A stretch of 64,000 nucleotides of DNA from Myxococcota bacterium (GTDB taxonomy: Bacteria; Myxococcota_A; Polyangia; Polyangiales; Sandaracinaceae). Location of the stretch: assembly GCA_036149055.1 (NCBI GenBank), contig JAYZQJ010000253.1, forward strand, positions 1 to 64,000, read 5' to 3'. The notes below the pieces were generated by a model. That model saw only the letters and a list, made by a program, of their open reading frames with translations, had not been told where the DNA came from and did not search any database. The position numbers were made by a program, and so were the translations under genes. Each line of letters begins with the position of its first letter. Position 1 is the first letter of the stretch. Shown in pieces: positions 27,561 through 38,638 of this stretch.

Positions 27561-28670
27561 TCAGCCGCCGTCGGCGGGGCGCTTGTCGAGCAGGCCGAGG
27601 AGCCGGTAGGCGCGCTCGTTGCCCGGCTCGAGGACCAGGACCTGCTCGAGCGCCTGGCGCATGCCCTCGACGTTGCGCCGCTCGAAGAGGCCCCCCGCGA
27701 GCGCGAAGAGGGTCTCCATCGCCGCCTCGCGGAGCTCGTGCTCGACGAAGAACTCGGCGATGCGCCGCAGGAGCAGGAGGTCCTCGGGGTAGGTCCGACG
27801 CAGCAGCGCGAGCCGCTCCCGGACCTGCGCGTCGTGGCCGTAGCGGAGCAGCACCGACATGTCGCTCAGGATCTGGTCGAGCTCGCGGGTCGGCATCTGG
27901 CCGTCCTCGATGCCCTCGAGCGCCTCGGGCGCCTCTCTGCGCTGGGCCGCCTTCTCGACGTCGGGCACCACCTTCGCGGCCTCGATGCGCTGGGTGTGCA
28001 GCCCCATCGGCGCGACCACGCTCTCGTGGGCCGCCTCGAGCTGATCCGACAGCGGCGCCTCCGTCGTTTCGACGGCAGCGGGGCCAGGCTCCGGCGGGCT
28101 CGACGGCCGCTTGACCTTGGTGAGCAGGAGGATGCGCTGCCCGGAGTCGGTGGTGAGCGGCTGGCCGCGCGGCACGGTCAGCGTCTCGTCGTCTTCGTTC
28201 TCCGGGAGGTCGCCCTCCTCGGTGGAGTCCGGGTCGAAGGCGCGGGCCATCGCGAGCGCCAGCGGCGCGTCCGGCCGGGTGCCCTCGTGGTCGGGCTCGG
28301 GCGGCTCGCCGACCCCGGTGCGCATCGCGCGCGCGTCGTCGTAGGGGGAGCGCGCGCGGACGGTGACCGCGTGATCCCAGGTGGGCGGCCCGCCGCGGCG
28401 CGGTCGCGCCTCGACGCCGACGCGAGAGAGGTCCGGCAGCTCGGTGTGGGGGCTGGTCGGCTCCTCGGTCGGCGGCTCGTCCGGAGGCGGCCGCAGCACC
28501 GCTCCCGCGACCACCGTGTCGGCGTGATCGTTGCGGACCATGCCGGTCGGCTCGTCGTCTCGCGGGAGCGCCTCCTCGGTGCTCGCGTTCGCGTTCTTCA
28601 CGAAGCGCTCGAAGATGTCTTCGGGCTCGAAGATCGCGCGGAACCGATCGGTCTTGTCGTCGCTCGCCAT
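27561..28670 (-). CDS. Hypothetical protein with disordered N-terminus and C-terminal TPR-like helices
   Basis: P/E/D-rich N-terminal two thirds and C-terminal ALEQVLVLEPGNERAYRLL TPR-like motif. Start uncertain. Confidence 0.65.
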   Translation of the reverse strand: MASDDKTDRFRAIFEPEDIFERFVKNANASTEEALPRDDEPTGMVRNDHADTVVAGAVLRPPPDEPPTEEPTSPHTELPDLSRVGVEARPRRGGPPTWDHAVTVRARSPYDDARAMRTGVGEPPEPDHEGTRPDAPLALAMARAFDPDSTEEGDLPENEDDETLTVPRGQPLTTDSGQRILLLTKVKRPSSPPEPGPAAVETTEAPLSDQLEAAHESVVAPMGLHTQRIEAAKVVPDVEKAAQRREAPEALEGIEDGQMPTRELDQILSDMSVLLRYGHDAQVRERLALLRRTYPEDLLLLRRIAEFFVEHELREAAMETLFALAGGLFERRNVEGMRQALEQVLVLEPGNERAYRLLGLLDKRPADGG

Positions 28671-28786
28671 CGACGCGGCGCCCATCGTGGCAGAGGCCCC
28701 AATTCGCTGCAAGCCGGGCGGAACTTTGGCCTCTCGACGCTTCGTGGATTCGACCTCGCGTGGCAGACTCCTCGCCGGAGGCTCGA

Positions 28787-29617
28787 ATGGAGAGATGGCT
28801 CGGGGCGCTGCTCGCGGCAGCGCTGACCTTCGGGAGCGCGACCCTCGCCGCAGCGCAGGACGAGGCCGAAGATCGACAGCACCTTCCGCTCGCCGATCAG
28901 GGCGCGCAGGAGCGGGCGCGGCTGCACTTTCAGGCCGGCGCCTCCTACTACGAGGCGGGCAGCTACGAGGACGCGCTGCGCGAGTGGCGCCACGCCTACG
29001 AGCTGAGCCAGCGGCCGGAGCTGCTCTACAACCTCTCGCTCGCCTACCAGGGCATGGGCGACCTCGAGAACGCGGTGAGCCACCTCGAGCGCTACCTCGA
29101 GGAGGTCCATGACATCCCGAACCGGGCGAACCTGGAGCTGCGGGTGCGGAACTTCCGCCAGCGCCTCGAGGCCGAGGCGGCCGAGGCCGAGGCCGAGGCC
29201 GAAGCGGAGGTGGTGGAGTCGGAGGCGACGCTGGAGGCGGAAGCGGAGGCGCAGGTCGAGCCCGAGCCCGAGCTGACCCCCGCCGGCGGGAGCGGCCCCA
29301 ACGTCGGCGCCATCGCGGGCTTCTCGGTCGCCGCGGCCGGGGTGGTCATGGTCGCCATCTTCGGGAGCCTGACCCTGGTGGAGGACGGCAACCTCGACGC
29401 GGAGTGCGGCGGCGGGTGCGACGCCAGCGCGGTCTCGGATCTCCAGACGTTCGCGCTGCTGACCGACATCGGCTTCGGCGTGGCCCTCGCGGGCGCCGCG
29501 GTGGGCGCCCTGCTCCTCCTCGTCGGGGGGGACGACGGCGCGGAGAGCCAGAGCGCCTCGCTCCAGCCCTGGGTGGGCCGGGACAGCGGCGGCGCGGTCC
29601 TGCGAGGGACCTTCTGA
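28787..29617 (+). CDS. Secreted TPR protein with hydrophobic helical hairpin and C-terminal Phe (paralog of 2373..3239)
   Basis: GGAGG RBS, signal peptide, ARLHFQAGASYYEAG...RPELLYNL, EA-rich linker, two hydrophobic segments, ends VLRGTF. Confidence 0.8.
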   Translation: MERWLGALLAAALTFGSATLAAAQDEAEDRQHLPLADQGAQERARLHFQAGASYYEAGSYEDALREWRHAYELSQRPELLYNLSLAYQGMGDLENAVSHLERYLEEVHDIPNRANLELRVRNFRQRLEAEAAEAEAEAEAEVVESEATLEAEAEAQVEPEPELTPAGGSGPNVGAIAGFSVAAAGVVMVAIFGSLTLVEDGNLDAECGGGCDASAVSDLQTFALLTDIGFGVALAGAAVGALLLLVGGDDGAESQSASLQPWVGRDSGGAVLRGTF

Positions 29618-31332
29618 TGCGCGCCGCGCCGCTCCTGGGCGCGCTCCTCCTCGCCGGCTGCTCGCTCGTCTTCGACGGCGGCCGCCACGTCTCCGGCGGC
29701 GAGGGCGAGGGCGACGCCGGGCGCATGGACGCCGGCCCCTCGGACGCCGGGGCGCGGCCCGCGTGCGACCCGATGAGCGAGTGCTGCGACTGGATGGACT
29801 GCGTCGAGGCGCCGACCGGCCCCTTCTGCGTGTACGACCCTGGCGGCGACGACTTCGCCTGCGAGCACGACTGTCGGGTCGACGCCGACTGCGAGGGCTT
29901 CCCGGCGGGGACCGCCTGCGTCGACGACACCATCGGCGGCGGGCGCTTCTGCAGCTGCCGGGTCGACGCGGACTGCCCGGACCCGGCCAGCCCGATCTGC
30001 GAGCCCGACTTCGGCTGCCAGCAGTGCCGCGGACCGAGCGACTGCCTGCCCGGCGAGGGCTGCGGCGGCGGCCTCTGCTGGCCGCGCTGCGACGACGGCG
30101 GTGGCTGCCCGCCCGGGCTCGTCTGCTCGCCGGGAGGCGAGCTCTGCGAGCCGCCGTCCGGAGGCTGCCTGCCGGTCTGCGGCTCCGAGGCCCGGGAGGC
30201 GTGCGAGAGCGAGCGCTGGCGCAACGTCTTCCCCTTCGCGGCGGAGGCCGACCGCGCCTTCCCCGCGTTCGTGGCCCCCGCGGCCGACGGCGTCGTGGCC
30301 ACCGGGCATCAGCTCGCGGTGGTCGTCGGCGCCCTCACCGGCGGCGACGCCGACGCGGGGGTCGTGCACCACAGCAGCGGGGCCCGGCGCGAGGCGCTCG
30401 TCACCGGCGTGCGCTTCGACGGCTCGATCGCGCAGCTCACCGCGCCCGCCGCGGTCAGCGCCGGCTTCACGAGCGTCGCCTCGTACCATCCGGGCTTCGA
30501 AGGCGGTCAGCCCTTCGGCGCGGTCTGGGGGGTCCGCGACGGCTCGGCGACGGCCGAGCTCTACGGGCCGGGGCTGCTCCGGTCGCAGGGGGAGCCCGGC
30601 GTCCCGCCGTGGCCCGCCCGAGCCTTCTGGTACGAGGGTCGGCCCCACATGACCTACCGGGTTCGGGGCGCCGCCGCGGCGGACCACGAGATCGTGATGA
30701 TGGACGCCAGCGGCGCCACCCGCGCCGCGCTCGGCGACCGCTCGGGGGACGAGGTCTGGATCGACGCCGCCGAGGGCGTCGTGATCGGCAACGACGCGGG
30801 CAGCACCTGGCTCTGGGACGGCAGCGCCGTCGCGCCGGTGACCATCAGCGGCACGATGGGCGGCTACCGCGGCGCGCTCACCCACCTCTTCGGGGAGGGT
30901 TACTTCGCCGTCGTCCCGGCGCTGGCCGGGCCGCGCCTGGTGCACTTCCCGGACGACTGCGTGTCGAGGGGCTCCGCCGCGTGCGAGGGCATGGGGCGTA
31001 TCGTGAGCCTCCCCTCCCCCGAGCCGAAGCTGCCGGCGTTCGCCGCGATCGGCGACTTCGCGGTGCTCGCGTCGTCGAACCCCGTCCCCGGCGGCGCGGG
31101 CGGCGACGAGGTGGTGATCCGCTCGGTGCGCCCGCCGGACGACGTGAGCCCCGTGATCCCGGTGATCACGCCGGCCGACGTCGGCATGGACCGGCCGGTC
31201 GTCGAGGACGTCGCCATCGGCGCCCGCATCCTCCCGGATCGCTCGATCGAGATCGTGGTGGCCGCGGTGTTCCGGGCCGCGGACCGCGCCGAGGTGTGGA
31301 TGGTCGCGATCCGAGCCTGTCAGGCGGAGTGA
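29617..31332 (+). CDS. Cys-rich lipoprotein with beta-rich C-terminal domain
   Basis: TGATG overlap, lipobox LAG-C followed by SLVFDGGRHV, CxxDxDC modules. Confidence 0.8.
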   Translation: MRAAPLLGALLLAGCSLVFDGGRHVSGGEGEGDAGRMDAGPSDAGARPACDPMSECCDWMDCVEAPTGPFCVYDPGGDDFACEHDCRVDADCEGFPAGTACVDDTIGGGRFCSCRVDADCPDPASPICEPDFGCQQCRGPSDCLPGEGCGGGLCWPRCDDGGGCPPGLVCSPGGELCEPPSGGCLPVCGSEAREACESERWRNVFPFAAEADRAFPAFVAPAADGVVATGHQLAVVVGALTGGDADAGVVHHSSGARREALVTGVRFDGSIAQLTAPAAVSAGFTSVASYHPGFEGGQPFGAVWGVRDGSATAELYGPGLLRSQGEPGVPPWPARAFWYEGRPHMTYRVRGAAAADHEIVMMDASGATRAALGDRSGDEVWIDAAEGVVIGNDAGSTWLWDGSAVAPVTISGTMGGYRGALTHLFGEGYFAVVPALAGPRLVHFPDDCVSRGSAACEGMGRIVSLPSPEPKLPAFAAIGDFAVLASSNPVPGGAGGDEVVIRSVRPPDDVSPVIPVITPADVGMDRPVVEDVAIGARILPDRSIEIVVAAVFRAADRAEVWMVAIRACQAE

Positions 31333-31335
31333 AGG

Positions 31336-33981
31336 CTACTTCACGATCAGGTTGAGGATCCGGCCCGGCACCCAGATCCGCTTCACCACGGTCTTGCCCT
31401 CGAGCTGCGCGGCGACGTCTTCGTTCGCCTCGGCGGCGGCGATGGCGGTGGCCTCGTCGGCGTCCTTCGCGACCTCGATGCGTCCACGCACCTTGCCGTT
31501 GACCTGGACCGGCACCTGCACGACGTCGTCGACCACGAGCTTCGGGTCGAAGGTCGGCCAGGGCGCGCTCTGGATGGAGGGCGCCTTCCCGAGCCGCTCC
31601 CAGAGCTCCTCGGCGAGGTGCGGCGCGAACGGGTGGACGAGCTGGACGAGCGCCTCGACGCTCTCCCGCGGCGCGGCGTCGAGCCCGTTGAGCTCGTTGT
31701 TCAGCACCATCATCGCGCTGATGGCGGTGTTGAAGCGCATCGCGTCGATGTCCTGGGTGACCTTCTGGATGGTCTTGTGGGTGAGCCGCAGGATCTTCTC
31801 GTCCGGCGCGTCCTCGGTGATCGCGCCCGTCGCCACCTTGAAGAGGCGGTCGAGGAAGCGCCGCACGCCCTGGATGCTCTCGGTGTTCCAGGGCTTGGTC
31901 GCCTCGAGCGGCCCCATGAACATCTCGTAGAGGCGGAGCGAGTCGGCGCCGAACTGCTGCACGATGTCGTCGGGGTTGACGACGTTGCCGCGCGCCTTGC
32001 TCATCTTGTGGGCCCGCGCGTCGAGCTGCACGTCGGGGTGGCCCTCGAGCACGAAGGCCTGCCCCTTCTTCACCGCCTTCGCCGGGTCGACCTTCTCGGG
32101 CGTCACCTCGGCGTCGTCGCGCGCGTCGACCATCACGCCGGCGTCGAGCGCCTTCACGTGCTGCGCGCTGACGAGCTCCCCGGCCTTCCGGTAGGCCGTG
32201 TACTCGATCTCACCGAGGATCATGCCCTGGTGCACGAGCTTCTGGAACGGCTCCTTCACCGGCAGCTTGCCCTCGTCGAAGAGCACCTTGTGCCAGAAGC
32301 GGGCGTAGAGGAGGTGCAACACCGCGTGCTCCGCTCCACCCACGTAGAGGTCGACCGGGAGCCAGCGCTTCGCCGCCTCTTCGCTCCAGCCGGCCTCGTC
32401 GTTGTTCGGGTCGGTGAAACGCAGGTAGTACCAGCAGGAGCCGGCCCACTGCGGCATCGTGTTCGTCTCGCGGGCGAACCACTTTCCGTCCCGCTGGAAG
32501 AAGCGCCAGTCCTTGGCCCGCGCGAGCACGCCCGCCGGGTCGTCGCCGGGCTGGTAGTCCTCGAGCTCGGGGAGCCGCAGCGGCAGCTCGCTCTCGTCGA
32601 CCGCGATCGGCTGGTCGAAGTGGATCGTGTGCGGGTCGTCCTTCCGCGGGTCGCCGTCGCAGGTGACCGGGAAGTAGATCGGGAAAGGCTCGCCCCAGTA
32701 GCGCTGACGGCTGAAGACCCAGTCCCGCAGCTTGTACTCGACGCGCTTCTTGCCCTTGCCAGCCTTCTCCAGGTCGGCGGTGATGCGCGCCTTGAACTCC
32801 GCGGTCGGCGTCCCGTCGTACTCGCCGCTGTTGACCGCGAGGCCGGGCTCGACCATCGCCTCGCTCAGCCCGCCCTCGGTCGGCTCCCCGCTCGCGCTGA
32901 CGACCTCGACGATCGGGATGTCGTACTTGGTGGCGAACTCGAAGTCGCGCTCGTCGTGCGCGGGGACCGCCATGATGGCGCCGGTGCCGTACCCCATGAG
33001 CACGTAGTCGGCGATCCAGATCGGCACCTGCGCGTCGTTGACCGGGTTGACGGCGAAGCCGCCGGTGAAGACGCCGGTCTTCTCCTTCTGCTGCTGCCGG
33101 TCGAGGTCGCTCTTGTTCTTCGCCGTCTCGACGTAGGCCTCGACCGCCTCGCGCTGCGCGTCGGTGGTGACCTGGGCGACCAGCGGGTGCTCGGGCGCGA
33201 GGACCATGAAGGTGGCGCCGAAGAGGGTGTCCGGGCGGGTGGTGAAGATCTCGATCTTCTCGTCGCGCCCGACGACGTCGAAGGCCACCTCGGCCCCCTC
33301 GGAGCGGCCGATCCACTCCTTCTGCATCGTCATGGTGCTGTTCGGCCACTCGAGCCCGTCGAGGTCCTCGAGGAGCCGATCGGCGTAGGCGGTGATTTTG
33401 AGCACCCACTGGCGGAGCGGCACGCGCTCGACCGGGTGGTTGCCGCGCTCGCTCAGGCCGCCGATGACCTCCTCGTTCGCCAGCACCGTGCCGAGCGCGG
33501 CGCACCAGTTGACGGTCACCTCGTCCTGGTACGCGAGCCCGCGGTGGAACAGCTGGAGGAAGATCCACTGCGTCCACTTCACGTAGGCCGGGTCGGTGGT
33601 GTCGACCTCGCGGCTCCAGTCGTAGCTGAAGCCGAGCATCTTGAGCTGACGGCGGAAGGTGTCGATGTTGCGGAGCGTCGTCTCGCGCGGGTGCGTGCCG
33701 GTCTTGATCGCGTGCTGCTCGGCGGGCAGGCCGAAGGCGTCCCAGCCCATCGGGTGCAGGACGCGGTGCCCGGTGCAGCGGAGGTAGCGCGCCACGATGT
33801 CGCTCGCCGTGTAGCCCTCGGGGTGACCGACGTGAAGCCCCGACCCGGACGGATAGGGGAACATGTCGAGGACGTAGGCCTTCGGCTTGTCGGGGTCCTC
33901 GTCGGTGCGGAAGGTCTGCTCCCGCTCCCAGTAGGCCTGCCACTTCGGCTCGATCTCGGAGGGCTCGTAGCGCTCGCTCAT
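31336..33981 (-). CDS. leuS: Leucine--tRNA ligase
   Basis: Motifs [51 protein letters not shown]. Confidence 0.98.
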   Translation of the reverse strand: MSERYEPSEIEPKWQAYWEREQTFRTDEDPDKPKAYVLDMFPYPSGSGLHVGHPEGYTASDIVARYLRCTGHRVLHPMGWDAFGLPAEQHAIKTGTHPRETTLRNIDTFRRQLKMLGFSYDWSREVDTTDPAYVKWTQWIFLQLFHRGLAYQDEVTVNWCAALGTVLANEEVIGGLSERGNHPVERVPLRQWVLKITAYADRLLEDLDGLEWPNSTMTMQKEWIGRSEGAEVAFDVVGRDEKIEIFTTRPDTLFGATFMVLAPEHPLVAQVTTDAQREAVEAYVETAKNKSDLDRQQQKEKTGVFTGGFAVNPVNDAQVPIWIADYVLMGYGTGAIMAVPAHDERDFEFATKYDIPIVEVVSASGEPTEGGLSEAMVEPGLAVNSGEYDGTPTAEFKARITADLEKAGKGKKRVEYKLRDWVFSRQRYWGEPFPIYFPVTCDGDPRKDDPHTIHFDQPIAVDESELPLRLPELEDYQPGDDPAGVLARAKDWRFFQRDGKWFARETNTMPQWAGSCWYYLRFTDPNNDEAGWSEEAAKRWLPVDLYVGGAEHAVLHLLYARFWHKVLFDEGKLPVKEPFQKLVHQGMILGEIEYTAYRKAGELVSAQHVKALDAGVMVDARDDAEVTPEKVDPAKAVKKGQAFVLEGHPDVQLDARAHKMSKARGNVVNPDDIVQQFGADSLRLYEMFMGPLEATKPWNTESIQGVRRFLDRLFKVATGAITEDAPDEKILRLTHKTIQKVTQDIDAMRFNTAISAMMVLNNELNGLDAAPRESVEALVQLVHPFAPHLAEELWERLGKAPSIQSAPWPTFDPKLVVDDVVQVPVQVNGKVRGRIEVAKDADEATAIAAAEANEDVAAQLEGKTVVKRIWVPGRILNLIVK

Positions 33982-34021
33982 GATGGCGACGCGTAGCACG
34001 CGAGGCCCCCGCGAAAAAGCG

Positions 34022-35926
<1,905 letters not shown>

Positions 35927-35997
35927 GGCGCGCGCATCCCGAGCGGCGATCCTAACCCGGCACGTGGCCCGGGATCACCTCCTCGGAGAACGGGTGT

Positions 35998-37479
35998 TCA
36001 CCGCCACTCGACGCCGAACAGATCCCGCGCGTCCCCGAGGGCCTGCGACGCGATCAGGAGGACCTCGACCTCGCGCGCGCCGGCCTCCCGCATCGCCTCG
36101 CGCAGGAGGCCCCCGAGCCACCCGGCCAGCTCGAGGCTCGGCGTCGTCTGGTCCTGGATCCAGAGCCTCGCCTGCCGGTCCGACACCCGCTGCACCCGGG
36201 CCACGCCGTCGCGCCCGATCTGCCCCCACAGGTAGCCGAAGCCCGCGATCAGCGCCCCGGGCGTGAGCGGCTCGGGGAGCTCCGGGAAGAGGCGCGCGAG
36301 GCCTCGCTGGGCCACCGCCTCGCCGAGCTCCGGCACGAGCGAGAGGTCCCCCCGGCCGCCGAGCCGGTCGACGGCGAGGAGGATCTCGGCGAAGAGCGGC
36401 ACCGGGACGCCCTGCTCCAGGTGCACCGGGGTGTTGCCGGCCCCGGGCAGGAGCGACTCCGCGCCCTCCACGTCGCGGCAGAGCGCCGCCCAGACGTCGG
36501 CGCCGAAGCGTCGGTACACCGCCTCGATGGTCAGGAGGACCGGCAGCAGCGACATGCGGCTGTCCGAGGGCTCGTCGACCCGCACGCCGTGGCGCGTGGT
36601 GCGCCGCAGGTGGAGGTACTGGAGGTCGGCGGAGAGCGGATCCTGCGGGGTCGGGAGCTGCTCGCGGGGCGGGCGGCTCTCGGTGGGCAGCAGCAGCGCC
36701 ACCGCCTGCAGGAAGCCGTCGGCGCTCGCGAAGCGCTCCTCGGGATCGTCGGCGAGCGCGCGCGCGAGGGCCCGGCGCGCGGTGTCGCTCAGGGCCTGGT
36801 CGTCGCCGCGACGGGCGCCGCTGAGGAGCTCGCGCAGGATCACGCCGACCGAATAGAAGTCCACGCGCGGATCGAGCCCCGGCTCGCCCCGCCGGACCTC
36901 GGGCGCGAGGTAGGGGGTGTAGCGGGCGCCCTCGACCGGCGCGGCGCCCCCCTCGATGAGGAGCGCGGCGTCGTGGAGGCTCCGGATCTTCACCAGCTCG
37001 TCGCCGGCGCTCACCGGCTCGATCATCACGTTCTCGGGGCCGAAGGTCCGGAGCACCACCCCCGCGTCGTGGAGCGCGCGCAGCGCCTCGAGCATCTGGA
37101 CGACGATGCGCGCCGCGCGCATCGGATCGACGCCGCGCGGGTTCTGTCCGATGAGCTCGGCGAGGCTGCCGCCGCGGAGCGACTCGTAGACGACGTAGGG
37201 GCGGCCGTCGGGATCGCGACCGGAGTCGACCACGCTCTGGAGGTTGCGGTGCGTGGCCCCGCCGAGGACCCGCGCCTCGCGGAGGAGCTGGCCGGCCGCG
37301 TCCCCCTCGGGCGGCTGCCCGTCGGCGAGGCAGTGCAGCTCGACCGACCGGCCGATGGCCGTGTGCTCGGCGAGGTAGCGCACCACGCGCGCGTCCCCGC
37401 CGAGCCGGCCGACGATGCGGTACTTGCCGACCGACGTCCCCTCGGCGCTCGCCCTTCCCTCACCCACCGGCCGGACCAT
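35998..37479 (-). CDS. Ser/Thr pseudokinase fused to a DUF2378/V4R-like C-terminal domain
   Basis: Kinase scaffold (PENV, YLAPE, DFYSVG, DPEERF) without the Gly-loop, VAIK Lys, HRD or DFG. C-terminal domain ends GxLxxxxxxxGA...FGVEW. Confidence 0.75.
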   Translation of the reverse strand: MVRPVGEGRASAEGTSVGKYRIVGRLGGDARVVRYLAEHTAIGRSVELHCLADGQPPEGDAAGQLLREARVLGGATHRNLQSVVDSGRDPDGRPYVVYESLRGGSLAELIGQNPRGVDPMRAARIVVQMLEALRALHDAGVVLRTFGPENVMIEPVSAGDELVKIRSLHDAALLIEGGAAPVEGARYTPYLAPEVRRGEPGLDPRVDFYSVGVILRELLSGARRGDDQALSDTARRALARALADDPEERFASADGFLQAVALLLPTESRPPREQLPTPQDPLSADLQYLHLRRTTRHGVRVDEPSDSRMSLLPVLLTIEAVYRRFGADVWAALCRDVEGAESLLPGAGNTPVHLEQGVPVPLFAEILLAVDRLGGRGDLSLVPELGEAVAQRGLARLFPELPEPLTPGALIAGFGYLWGQIGRDGVARVQRVSDRQARLWIQDQTTPSLELAGWLGGLLREAMREAGAREVEVLLIASQALGDARDLFGVEWR

Positions 37480-37498
37480 AGCAGCGCTCGGCCCCGCG

Positions 37499-38119
37499 TC
37501 AGGGCGTCGTACGCAGCTGGTCCTCGGCCCAGTCGAGGACCGCCTGCGTGTCCGGACGACGGGGGTCCGGGTAGACCAGCGAGTCGATGTCCTCGACCAC
37601 CGCCTCGCCGACGCCGACGTCGACGAGCTGGCGGACGCGCTCGATCAGCGGGGCGAGCGACTCGGCCCGCATGCGCGGGAGCACGAGCGCGAAGCGCCGC
37701 TTGTAGAGGAAGACCATGTCGGTCTTGCGGAGCCGCTCGACGACGGCGTCGAGCACGCTCTGGTACACGCCGTCTTGCGGCTCGGGCTCGAGCGAGATGA
37801 CCACGACCGCGAAGGGATCCCCGTAGCGATCGGCCAGCGCGCACTGCTCGCGCACCCGCTTGCGGAAGTAGCGGCCCTCGACGATGCGCACGCCGCCGCC
37901 GGGGCGACGCCCGCGCACCGCCGCCTCGAAGATGTCGCGGAGGTCCTCGACCGACCAGCGCCGGCCCGGGATGACCTCCTGCGCCAGCTCCGCGAGCTCG
38001 CGGGCGAAGCGCTGAGCCAGCCAGGGATCGGCGCAGAGCGTGGCGAGGTCGGCCTCCTGGAGGTCCGAGAGGTCGAGCCCCTCTCCGATCCGCTTGGCCG
38101 TTTCGGTCACCGTCGTCAT
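37499..38119 (-). CDS. Degenerate GGDEF-like domain protein
   Basis: RYFRKRVREQCALADRYGDPFAVVVISL...RKTDMVFLYKRRFALVLP aligns to the GGDEF core, but the signature is replaced by YKRRF. Confidence 0.65.
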   Translation of the reverse strand: MTTVTETAKRIGEGLDLSDLQEADLATLCADPWLAQRFARELAELAQEVIPGRRWSVEDLRDIFEAAVRGRRPGGGVRIVEGRYFRKRVREQCALADRYGDPFAVVVISLEPEPQDGVYQSVLDAVVERLRKTDMVFLYKRRFALVLPRMRAESLAPLIERVRQLVDVGVGEAVVEDIDSLVYPDPRRPDTQAVLDWAEDQLRTTP

Positions 38120-38323
38120 GGCCGCTCCACCCCACGCCGCAGCTCGTGAGGTACGTCACGAAGTATAGGGGGGCGCGAGGGATGGGTCACGCTTTGTGTA
38201 CCCGTTTTGGGAGCCCGTTCTTCCCCCCATCGCCCGGGCGAATTGGCGCTGTAGCCGGCGGTGGGGGCCTAGAGGTGTCCGGGTGCGGCGGCGTGGTGCC
38301 GTCGCCGAGACGAGGTGACTGCC

Positions 38324-38581
38324 ATGAACTGGTCGATTCTCGAGGGGAAGTGGGAGCAGGCCGAGGCGAAGCTCCGCGCCAAGTGGAGCAAGCTGACGGA
38401 CGACGACCTGGGCCTGGTGCGCGCCAACGCGAAGGAGCTCGTGGGGCGGCTGCGCGAGCGCTACGGCTACGCCAAGGACGAGGCCGAGCGTCACGTGAGC
38501 GACTTCCTGGGCGGCCTGGGCGACTCCGACGGCAAGGCGAAGACCGCCCGCCGACGCGGGGCCGCCCGACCCACCCGCTGA
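38324..38581 (+). CDS. csbD: CsbD-family stress protein
   Basis: MNWSILEGKWEQ...KWSKLTDDDL...LVGRLRERYGYAKDEAE, with GAGG RBS. Confidence 0.85.
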   Translation: MNWSILEGKWEQAEAKLRAKWSKLTDDDLGLVRANAKELVGRLRERYGYAKDEAERHVSDFLGGLGDSDGKAKTARRRGAARPTR

Positions 38582-38638
38582 CGCGTCTCGCTCGGGAGGG
38601 CCACGCGCCCTCCCCTCGCGCAACGAAAGCACCCCGAC

